Assembly (NCBI GenBank): GCA_965233585.1
Contig: CBDDTI010000251.1
Span: 1-16,350 of the forward strand
Reading direction: 5' to 3'
From: a bacterium
GTDB lineage: Bacteria; SAR324; NAC60-12
DNA length: 16,350 nucleotides
Shown: positions 1 through 9,751 of the stretch, in pieces
Numbering within the stretch: position 1 is the first letter of the stretch
Layout of the letters: each line of letters opens with the position of its first letter
Position numbers and translations under genes: made by a program
Notes under the pieces: generated by a model
What the model was told of the DNA's origin: nothing
What the model saw: only the letters and a program-made list of their open reading frames with translations
The model's database searches: none

Positions 1-851
1 AAGAATTTTCAAATTTGAAAAAGACAAGACAGAGACTTCAGTCAAAGAGGGATTAATTACTGCAGCATTATCTGAAATGTAAATACATGTAGTTAAAGGA
101 GGTAACCAAGATCTTTTTCAGGGTTCTTGGGGACACATTTGTGTTAGAAAGATAGATCATGGACCAGGTCATAATATGAGGGTTTGCAAAAATTGTGGTT
201 GGATATGGCCAATAGGAAGTAGAATTATCGTGTTTTGGTATGATTACTCAGGTGACTGTAGAGATTCTGTTGTTGTCATTAGGATTACGATCTTGCTTTA
301 ATGACCTTTCGGAGGGTGATTATAGTGCAGATGCTTCATGCTTCTGGATTTGTTGACATATTTAATAAAGAAATAGATAAGATGAAAGACAAAGCCATAT
401 TCAAAAGCAAGATGTGGCTAAGTTCAGAGTAAAACCTTTTCCAAGATGAGATAGGAAATTTTTCCTATTTATTATAGCAAACCATTTAAATTGCAGTAAA
501 AGGTTCGCCAACTTTGACTTAAGTAGGTTATTAGAACAAACAAAACTCTATAATTATATTGTAACAGTACACAGAATAACATTTCAATTATTTATGACAG
601 CACTTGAAAACATGGAAGTTACAAACAAAACTGAACAGATGTCTTGGCCCAAATGTCTCATGTTTGGCTGCAATAGTGGCTTTCATAAGAGTGGAGAGAA
701 AAGTAATGTCATATTTATGTGAAATATTGGTTTTTATTAGTTTCTCCAGTTCTGAAAGCAATGATAAGACAATCTGCTTAGGCTGAATTAACCACATTAT
801 CTGTGGCTGTAGCCACTTTGGCATGGTAAATGCAAAAGCTGTCTTCCTCAT
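1..851 (-). pseudogene. Possible heavily decayed N-terminal region of a Penelope-like retroelement ORF
   Basis: Minus-strand translation of ~1-78 gives ISDNAAVINPSLTEVSVLS, resembling the PLE pre-RT motif VINLSxxxLTxxExSVLSKGL. Upstream, ORF 588-851 contains LEKLIKTNISHKYDITFLSTLMKATIAAK, loosely like the PLE N-terminal 'H..FL..C....I.PK' segment. Stops and frameshifts lie between them. Motif recall only. Confidence 0.3.
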
Positions 852-1149
852 GAAGTGTTACTCATTGTGGTCTTGACCGCACCAAATGTATTGTAAGCAA
901 AAGGGTGAAAGAAGTCAGAATCATAAAACCCTTCAACAACGTGAGTGTTCGAATTTCCGACAAACGAAACTGTGCACTGCAGTGAATCGATGTGGTGATA
1001 CTTTGTGTATGTAAAAGGAAAGAATATCAATGGAAGTCACCTCATGGTAATATTACGTTTATTCCGCTGATTCACCTGCAGCTATCTTTTATTATCTGAA
1101 AGCAAAAATTATCTTGAGCCAGAACTGCAGGAAAATGCATTGGCAAGTG

Positions 1150-1262
1150 ATTATTATCGATTGCCTCAATTAATTGATGAAAATCGATACTCATGATCTT
1201 AGTCCTCGTAATTGCTATCAATTATATCGATTGTCATCGATTATCATCTATTGTCATTAATC
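1150..1262. repeat. Degenerate ATCGATT-rich repeat with ~10-bp tandem units
   Basis: 1226-1262 reads atcgattgtc atcgattatc atctattgtc attaatc. Further ATCGAT copies at 1156 and 1183. Confidence 0.65.
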
Positions 1263-1519
1263 ATAGTAGGTAACTCTTGAAAGAGGATACCTTCAATTTT
1301 CAGACTTGTTCCCGGGACTTGCTGCATATACAGCGTGCGTGTCCAGTCGAATATGTAATTAAGATATTATCTTTAGTGTGCGAGTTAGCCATTTTTGTTG
1401 AGGCGCTACTATATGTAATTTTCAAGGCACATGAAATCTTCATTTCTGTAACTGTGCTATTAACCACCCTTGCAGTAGCTCAAGCAAAAAACATCAACGT
1501 AAACCAGCATGCAAGAAAA

Positions 1520-1810
1520 GCATAGTGTAGAGTAGAACAGTAGATATGTTGAGTTTAGAAGTAGATAAGTTTCTACTAGTAAAGCCATAGTAGGGTAAAA
1601 AATGTGCAGCTGATAAAGTGTACAGAAAAATGTACCGTGAAAGAGTGGAATACAGGGGTAGAGATGTAGAGGCGTAGAGAAGGAGCAGCATAAAACAATA
1701 CAAGCATATAGTTCACAGTACAGTACCAGAATTGTAGAGGCGTAAAGGTGTAGAGGCGTAGAGAAGGAGTATAACATTCCAGGATGTGTTCAAGTAGTGT
1801 AGAAAGAAAG
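1520..1810 (+). repeat. Purine-rich GTAGA low-complexity tract with 21-bp direct repeat
   Basis: TGTAGAGGCGTAGAGAAGGAG at 1665-1685 and 1749-1769, a partial copy at 1733-1744, and many scattered GTAG(A) words. Confidence 0.7.
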
Positions 1811-2163
1811 CGTATAAGTTTAAACAGATGAACGAAAATGTAAGAAGAATAGCTTTTAATTAGAACAAAGAAAATAAAGACAACTAATTATTAAAAAAAC
1901 AATGCATACTGAAACAGAGTGATGAAAGTAGCAGTCAAAGTGTAATTGCAACGTTGCAAATAGGAAGTGTACATTTAACAGATGAAAAAAATACCAAAAA
2001 AGGTGAATATAATCAAGGATATGTTTGGATGTTGAATTTTCAATAATGTGGAGTACTTGAGAAGTAAAAAAACGAGAATCACTTCGTGAATTTTACCGGG
2101 GCCACTTTTGCATTGGCAACCCACGTTTACACTAGCATGCATAAGAGTCGTTTACATCAACTT

Positions 2164-2493
<330 letters not shown>

Positions 2494-4208
2494 GTTTGTT
2501 GCGGGTCATGAAAATCTATTTTATCGCAAATATTCTTTAATGACAAAAAACCTCTAATTACTAATGTGAAAAGAGAAAATAGCATCTGCCTGTGTACTCA
2601 TTTTGATAACAGAATTACACCTCGGCTGTCATAAAAATCTTCCCTGTTAGCAGAGGTCTCTTCTGCAGGCAGGGCCGGAAATAAAAATCACACCGGCCAA
2701 GGGCGTCTATGCTTTGTCGCATAAAAATTGGCATAAAATCTACATTAAATCAAAAGGCTGATTCTTGGCGATATCCAAAAAGGGAAATTTAATTTTGTCA
2801 TAGTATACAATTTTTAAAAACGCGGTGACCCTGTGCTATTGAAGACGGTTTTTTGTCTTCAAATCACGCGCTCGAATAGTGCAGCTAATCATGGCACGTT
2901 GCGGGTCGAATCTACAAACTTCCAGGGTCTTGTTTTCATTCCTAACACAGACAAATTACTTCTTTGGCGCTTAAAATGAAAAGTAAAAACATTAATCGAT
3001 GTTTAGGTGGCCTCAGAATGGAAGATCAAGTTGAACGGAGCCCTCAAACATTTCTTGTGGATAATTTTCCTTCCCTCAGCTCAACCGCGATGAAAACAAG
3101 GCGATCGGTGCGCTTTCAAGAGAGTTTTGAATACAGATAACAGATTTAAAGCAGCTGCCTGGACTTAAGAAAACAAAAATGGTAATGTACATATTAGTTC
3201 AAAGTTGAATTCAGCTTTTAGCGCGATAGGCAAAGCCACAGCAGGCTAAGCCACAGCCGATAAAATAACTGCAAAACTTGTGGGAAAAACTCACGCTTTC
3301 GCTTTTGCATGACTAATTAATTCCAACACGCATTCAGGCAGCGAACAGGTCTGTGAAGTTTCGAACATTTTTTGTGCTTTCAGATAAGTTTTTTCGCCTC
3401 ATCTTGAATGAAAATTTATTGTTATTGAACTTCCTGTCACCTTTCTTTCATTTGGTTGCCTTCATTTGAGAGTTTTAGTGCACGCTGGATTTGGATTTCT
3501 GTACATTTAATTTACGGCGACCTCTGTGATTTGTTTGTTTATATATTTGCTTCCCTCAAATATATTTTATTGAGTCTTGTTCAGCTTCTACGGAACTCCT
3601 GGGGATAGAACTAAGTTGGTAATAAATTTACACAGTTGAAAAACAATTTATCTCAAAATAATTGCCTTGTTTTTGTCGTCTTTTTGATGTACAACTTTCC
3701 TCTTTCTCTCGCTATGCTGTAATATTTCGTCGGGCGGCGAAAAAATTATCCGATTTCTTCTTTTTGAATTCGTTTTACGTGTGTTTTTCGTCGAGGACTT
3801 CGGTATAAGAATCGACGAAATCCTTTGGAAGAGAAACTTTTTTAACATGCTACTCTTGTTCTTGAGACGTCTTCAGTAGAAATCGCAGTGAATAAGCTTA
3901 AGTTTTACAAGAGATTGATGTAAAGAGAGTTTTGAAATATGTTCGCTTTGATTCTTGAGAAAAGGCTCACTCTCAAGTGCAGTGGTCGCTCATAAACACG
4001 TCTCTCTAAGTATCCACTCTCAAGTTTTCACTCATGAAGTAGTCTCTCGTAAAGTTGTGGAAGTTTTCATTCTGCCCAAAGTTATAATCTTTGTCTGGAA
4101 TGCCTTCGATTGCCTCAAGTAAAGTTACTATGACAACGATTTTGTCACAGCGGAAAGCGGGGCCCTGGAAACGAGACATAGAAAAAACGAAAGGAACAGA
4201 CAGCATTA

Positions 4209-4460
4209 ATTTTTTATAACCGGTTCCAGCCTTTGGCTGGCCCCGGTAACTAGGTTACTATGGCAATGTACATGCATGTAAGGGGTTATAAAACTAGGCA
4301 GCGTTACAAAAAGGCCATAACATGCGCTCAAAGGCTAGACTAAAAAACATGAAAATTGTGGGGTGTCGGCGTATAGACGTAGAACTCTACAAAACTTCTA
4401 CGCAAAATTGGGTGTCCAAATTCGGACCACACTTGAAATCTGTTAAGTTCTCTGATTGGC
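4209..4460 (+). mobile_element. Helentron/DINE-1-like (HINE) 5' end, partial; right boundary uncertain
   Basis: T-run, then TTTTATAACC (4212-4221) and its inverted copy GGTTATAAAA (4284-4293) followed by CTAG. These enclose a GC hairpin CCAGCC-TTT-GGCTGG (4226-4240). Confidence 0.35.
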
Positions 4461-4939
4461 TTCTTTATTAAAAGTCATCATCCACCAAGGTGCGATTACA
4501 CACTAGGAAAATATGACTTAAGTATGGGCAGCCGTCACCGCCAAAAATAATTCAAATAATTTAGAATCAATTGAAACAGTTTAATTGCTCTTTTCAAGAA
4601 GGTCCAAACATTTCAGAAATGATGAAGTTAAAATGCACTTAGACAGGTGTCCTGCGGTCAAGTGGAAAACTCAACTGATAAATTGTTTAGACAGTGTTAA
4701 AATTGTCTAGTCCTCTACCACAAAACGGTACAAAAAACCCACTAACGATCTATCCTAAACAAAAATAATTCAGCTTTCCTTTATAAAACGATGCAGACTA
4801 AGGTGAATTGGTTTAACTGCACAACAATGAATGGTTTAGCACAGAGAGAAATGGAGTAACGTTAGGGCAGATAGATTAGCGAAAACTGATTTGGTTTAGC
4901 TGTACTGCATCAAATGGCTCGCTGTACTGCAAATTGGTT

Positions 4940-5180
4940 TAGCTTACAGTGGATTGGTTTAGCGTATTGTGGATTGGCCTAGCAAATTTTAAATTGATTT
5001 TGGCGTATTGTGAATTGGCTTAGCCTATTGTTAATTGGTTTAGCCTATTGTTAACTGGTTTAGCATATTGTGGATTGGCCTAGCATATTTTGATTTAGTT
5101 TAGCGTACTGTGGATTGGTTTAGCTTATTGTTCATTGGTTTAGCGTATTGTGGATTTGTTTAGCCTAATGTTAATTGGTT
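4940..5180 (+). repeat. 20-bp minisatellite, 12 units, consensus TAGCSTATTGTGGATTGGTT (left arm)
   Basis: Units start at 4940, 4960, 4980 (21 bp), 5001, 5021, 5041, 5061, 5081, 5101, 5121, 5141 and 5161. Confidence 0.95.
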
Positions 5181-5978
5181 CAGTGACATGAAACACGGTT
5201 CCGAGACCAGTATGAAATGGCTTATTTTATCTGCAAATGATTAATCGTGAAATGTAATTTGGCCTAGCATAGCATTCATCAGCTTACCGAAATGTAAAAC
5301 GGTTTAGAGTTACCCCAAATGTCTTAAGTAGCATGACGGTAAATGGTTTAATAGAAAGCGAAATGGTTTAGTGTTACAACAAATGGCTTGCGCCAGAACC
5401 GCCAAAAATATAAAAGTGAAATGGACAAGTCAAGCTTGAAATGGAATAGTCTATGTGGGGTCTTACGTCACAACCCATACGTGATTCAGATAACATTTGG
5501 CGCGAAATTTGCCCGAACAGGGTTTTAAAAACCGCTCCGGGCACAGGTCATGAACAGCTTATTTCTTCCAATGCCGCCTCGTTTACTCAAATCAGCGATC
5601 CTTACTCCGGAGTCTTAAATTGAGTGTCGAACAGGGGTATTCTCAAGATGCGTGATTAGCTGATATACGTCATCTGAATGACGTATGGGTTGTGACGTAA
5701 GACCCCACATAGACTATTCCATTTCAAGCTTGACTTGTCCATTTCACTTTTGTATTTTTGGCGGTTCTGGCGCAAGCCATTTGTTGTAACACTAAACCAT
5801 TTCGCTTTCTATTAAACCATTTACCGTCACGCTAAGACATTTGGGGTAACTCTAAATCATTTTACATTTCAGTAAGCTGATGAATGCTATGCTAGGCCAA
5901 ATTACACTTCATGATTAATCATTTGCAGATAAAATAAGCCATTTCACACTGGTCTCGGAACCGTGTTTCACGTCACTG

Positions 5979-6219
5979 AACCAATTAACAATAGGCTAAA
6001 CAAATCCACAATACGCTAAACCAATGAACAATAAGCTAAACCAATCCACAGTATGCTAAACTAAATCAAAATATGCTAGGTCAATCCACAATACGCTAAA
6101 CCAGTTAACAATAGGCTAAACCAATTAACAATAGGCTAAGCCAATTCACAATACGCCAAAATCAATTTAAAATTTGCTAGGCCAATCCACAATACGCTAA
6201 ACCAATCCACTGTAAGCTA
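5979..6219 (-). repeat. 20-bp minisatellite, 12 units (right arm, first copy)
   Basis: Reverse complement of 4940-5180 (AACCAATCCACAATACGCTA-like units). Confidence 0.95.
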
Positions 6220-6300
6220 AACCAATTATTTCACGATTAATCATTTGCAGATAAAATAAGCCATTTCATACTGGTCTCGGAACCGTGTTTCATGTCACTG

Positions 6301-6541
6301 AACCAATTAACAATAGGCTAAACAAATCCACAATACGCTAAACCAATGAACAATAAGCTAAACCAATCCACAGTACGCTAAACTAAATCAAAATATGCTA
6401 GGTCAATCCACAATACGCTAAACCAGTTAACAATAGGCTAAACCAATTAACAATAGGCTAAGCCAATTCACAATACGCCAAAATCAATTTAAAATTTGCT
6501 AGGCCAATCCACAATACGCTAAACCAATCCACTGTAAGCTA
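6301..6541 (-). repeat. 20-bp minisatellite, 12 units (right arm, second copy)
   Basis: Same array repeated 322 bp downstream of 5979-6219. Confidence 0.95.
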
Positions 6542-7743
6542 AACCAATTTGCAGTACAGTGAGCCATTTGATGCAGTACAGCTAAACCAAATCAGTTTCC
6601 GCTAATCTATCTGCCCTAACGTTACTCCATTTCTCTCTGTGCTAAACCATTCATTGTTGTGCAGTTAAACCAATTCACCTTAGTCTGCATCGTTTTATAA
6701 AGGAAAGCTGAATTATTTTTGTTTAGGATAGATCGTTAGTGGGTTTTTTGTACTGTTTTGTGGTAGAGGACTAGACAACTTTAACACTGTCTAAACAATT
6801 TATCAGTTGAGTTTTCCACTTGACCGCAGGACACCTGTCTAAGTGCATTTTAACTTCATCATTTCTGAAATGTTTGGACCTTCTTGAAAAGAGCAATTAA
6901 ACTGTTTCAATTGATTCTAAATTATTTGAATTATTTTTGGCGGTGACGGCTGCCCATACTTAAGACCTGCACGTGTTTGGTATCTTATTACATTACTTAA
7001 CAAAATCCTTGGGCAGTCGTTTCCTTTGGGAGTTTCCAAAATTGTTCATTATATATTCAGATGAATCTAAATCTAAACAGGGGTGTTAACTCTTTTGACT
7101 GATATGTTCATAGAGGTTTAGTCCATTTTTTTTTTCCTTAACAAAATTATGACAGCAATCAGAACAAAGTGTTTTCATTTCTGTCTGCTTTAAGCATGCA
7201 CAGTTAAATTTAGTGACCATGTCATCCATTCCAGACAGCACTTTGCTGTTCAGTGATGCATGAAACAAACACCTTTTTTTCAGTTGCTTCAATCTTTGTT
7301 TGTCTTGGGAATCACGTGAATAATTATACTAAAACATTCATTAATGCCTCCAGCTCAGTAAATATTGGTAAATAGCTTTTGTTGATTCCTTTTTCTGATG
7401 GTAATCATTGGTGTCAGTTGCAGAGAACCACTGGTACGAATCTACCCTGAATGTCTCAATACTTAGTGGACAAGCCTGAATAAGCAGTGGACAGGTCTGA
7501 ACGGACAGGAAGATTGAACATTCAGTGGACAAGTCTGGTGTAAACTTAAAAAATAGAGGAGAAACCAGAGAGACTGTGACCAACCAGGTAAATACACTTA
7601 CAGTGTTCCCTATCCTGATCAAATTTTGGTCAAAGCATTCTGAGTCTGGGAGGATCTCCTCATGGCTCAAATTGTTTTGGAGCACCTCAACTCTGACATA
7701 CATGTTTACAATTACTATGTACATAGCCAATGGTCAGTTCTTT

Positions 7744-7938
7744 CTATAAGATATGCCCACAGGGTACCTATCGTGGTAGTTGTATTGATCATCTTTGACT
7801 GGATGTTTGTTTTGTTTAATACAACTACCATGATTCCCTGCAGGTGTGTCTTATAGTGTGTCTTATAGTGAGATGTGCCTGCAGGGTGATAGTTGTATTC
7901 ATCATCTTGGAGTGGATGTTTGTTTTGATGAGTACAAG
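7744..7938. repeat. Short hairpin element followed by a diverged direct copy and a 12-bp tandem duplication
   Basis: IR ATCGTGGTAGTTGTATT (7770-7786) / AATACAACTACCATGAT (7818-7834), extending to CTATAAG (7744) / CTTATAG (7856). GTGTGTCTTATA occurs twice at 7844-7867. TAGTTGTATT...TGGATGTTTGTTTTG is repeated at 7777 and 7890. Confidence 0.75.
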
Positions 7939-9142
7939 TCTTGTTCAGTCTGAAGCCCCAACATGAATACACGCAGAAATACTACTGAAACAGGTAGACT
8001 GTATCTTCAGAGATACACGAAACAGTTGCCGTTGGCAAGAAAGCCAAGTGTTTTTTGTCACACGGCAAAACGCACATGAGCACAAGTATTCCTTTGTGCT
8101 GTCTAGCGCAGTTTTTACTTCGCGATTCTTCTGAATCTTCTCAGTCGTCGGTCTTGGGCTTTTGTTGTTAGTACAACATGATAAGAATAAAGGTTACAGT
8201 ATCATCTATGCTTTTCTCACAGATAAAAAAACCTTCCATTTTTACAAAGGAAATGCCTGAGTTGAAATTTCGGCCTCGTTTTTTTTTTCATTCAGCCACA
8301 GTTTGCAAGTCCTTAACACACATGCACGACAATTTGACTCTGATGAGCACCTGGCATGGGGTAATGGTGGACGAAGAAAAGTTTATGCTGTGGAAGATCA
8401 GCACAAATACTGTGTATAATACGTTCAAAATGGATACCAAATATTCACAGCATTTTTGGTAGACCCACACTAAAAGATGAGGAGCGCTTTCAGAACGGGT
8501 TGGTCCGCAAACCTTACGAGAGATCTCTTTATGAGCAAACGTTTATGAGTGAACCTTTCATTGAGAAACGTGCCATATCAACTGAGCTATCTAATGTTAA
8601 TCGAGAGCAGCATAAACTAAAATCTCAGATAAACCCAAAATTACAAAAAAGCCTTACCAAAGTATGTGCAACAAAAACAATGTTTCTCTCCAACTCAAAG
8701 CCCAAATGAACGCAAATATGCGTCTAGTTACTCAAGGAAAAGCCCACCATCACCAGATGATTTCTGGGCTGCGTCAGGAATGTGAAGGAATGTGATCATG
8801 TGCGCTTACCTATTTGGCATCAGTTATACATAGAGCACATGGGGTTAATTCGAACATGTTTCTCGACAGCAGTAACCGTTTTGTGCGTCTCCGAAAAAAC
8901 AGCCTACCTGTTTCAGTAGTAATTTGTTTGCATGCAGAATTGCTTGCTCTCGGGTCATTCATGCATGCAAATGGCTGTTAAAAAACCTGACAAACGTTTT
9001 CATTTATAGATTTCAAGGATGTAGTTAGTGAGTTAGCCTTACATGCCGCAAGTAATATGATCATTTTTATGAGTGGATGGCTGCAAGGTTTCACTTAATT
9101 TTCAGGTAGATTTTGCATACAATAAAAATTTTCAAGTACTCA

Positions 9143-9385
9143 TGAAGAATTTAAATTTTGTGGCTAGTATGATGCGGCATTTCGTCTCGACCAAGAGACT
9201 CATCAGATACTTTTCGAATTCCAGCAAACTCGTTGAGCATCGTGCTCAAAGTCCCATTCGTGAAGTCAAGATGTTAGCAGGGCCAGACTGCTCAACGAGT
9301 TTGCTGGAATTTGACAAGTATCTGATGAGTCTCTTGGCCAAGACGAAACACCGCGTCATACCAGCCACAAAATTTAAATTCTTCA
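9143..9385. mobile_element. Palindromic MITE-like element, ~97-bp arms and 49-bp spacer
   Basis: 9143-9239 (tgaagaatttaaattttgtggct...ccagcaaactcgttgagca) and 9289-9385 (tgctcaacgagtttgctgg...agccacaaaatttaaattcttca) are reverse complements. Confidence 0.85.
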
Positions 9386-9654
9386 CAAATTTTGCATAGT
9401 AATTTAATTAGACTGATTGTCTCGCACTGCACGCTGTCGGTCGGCAAATATTGTCATTTCAAAAAATATATTTCAGTCGCTTATGTAAGCAGAAAAAGTC
9501 ATGACATCATTTATGGACGCAACTAATGGCGATGTTGTCATACTACAATAATTTACTACAATAATAACATTATCATTTTCTCCCCTCAGTAGCTTTCTAC
9601 TACACACCTTTTTGGTATAAAAGCTGAATTTATCATCCGAAAAGAGAAAACTAC

Positions 9655-9751
9655 AGTGCTTGCCCCTCGGGCAAGCTATGACAAGAAAATGCTAGCCCGA
9701 CAAGTCTTCCACTAGCCCAAGGTTATCGGACAGCACTTTCGTCACACCCTG
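9655..9751. mobile_element. Orphan right end of a CAGGG-type (hAT-like) MITE
   Basis: Ends ...TTTCGTCACACCCTG with subterminal CTTGCCC/GGGCAAG and CTAGCCC motifs. No matching left end seen. Confidence 0.45.

Larger units (their letters stand above)
5906..6549 (+). repeat. 322-bp tandem duplication inside the right arm
   Basis: 5906-6227 is repeated at 6228-6549 (GATTAATCATTTGCAG at 5913 and 6235). Arm lengths reconcile: 972 + 322 - 4 = 1290, the 4 bp being a deletion near 5834. Confidence 0.95.
4523..6958. mobile_element. Non-autonomous foldback DNA transposon, probably IS3EU superfamily
   Basis: Termini TATGGGCAGCCGTCACCGCCAAAAATA ... TATTTTTGGCGGTGACGGCTGCCCATA, flanked by CTTAAG at 4517-4522 and 6959-6964. 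Arms 4523-5494 and 5669-6958 are reverse complements with few mismatches. No ORF in the supplied track. TAY..RTA termini with a 6-bp TSD is the Repbase IS3EU signature. The structure is certain; the superfamily is inferred. Confidence 0.85.

Noticed and set aside
1460..1777. 105-aa and 69-aa minus-strand ORFs
   Set aside because: By-products of the GTAGA low-complexity tract.
4940..6541. CRISPR-like array from the periodic 20-bp units
   Set aside because: Units are contiguous degenerate tandem repeats without unique spacers. There are no cas genes and the context is eukaryotic.
4518..6963. piggyBac or Kolobok assignment from TTAA flanks
   Set aside because: The sequence inside TTAA begins GT, not CCY (piggyBac) or RR (Kolobok). 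A CTTAAG 6-bp TSD with TAT..ATA ends fits better, though the palindromic site leaves some ambiguity.
4517..6964. Palindrome as a pure read-chimera artefact
   Set aside because: The arms differ by substitutions, a 4-bp deletion and a duplication, and they end in transposon-like termini with distinct flanks. Long-read confirmation is still advisable.
7086..7972. Cluster of overlapping ORFs including the 129-aa ORF
   Set aside because: They overlap on both strands, partly cover repeats (HYKTHYKTH comes from a 12-bp duplication) and show no domain signature.
8178..8709. ORFs inside the outer inverted-repeat element as transposase remnants
   Set aside because: No DDE, HTH or zinc-finger motif is recognisable; a translated search would be needed.
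9073..9399. 108-aa ORF as a gene
   Set aside because: It lies almost entirely within a DNA palindrome, has a non-ATG start and shows no recognisable motif.
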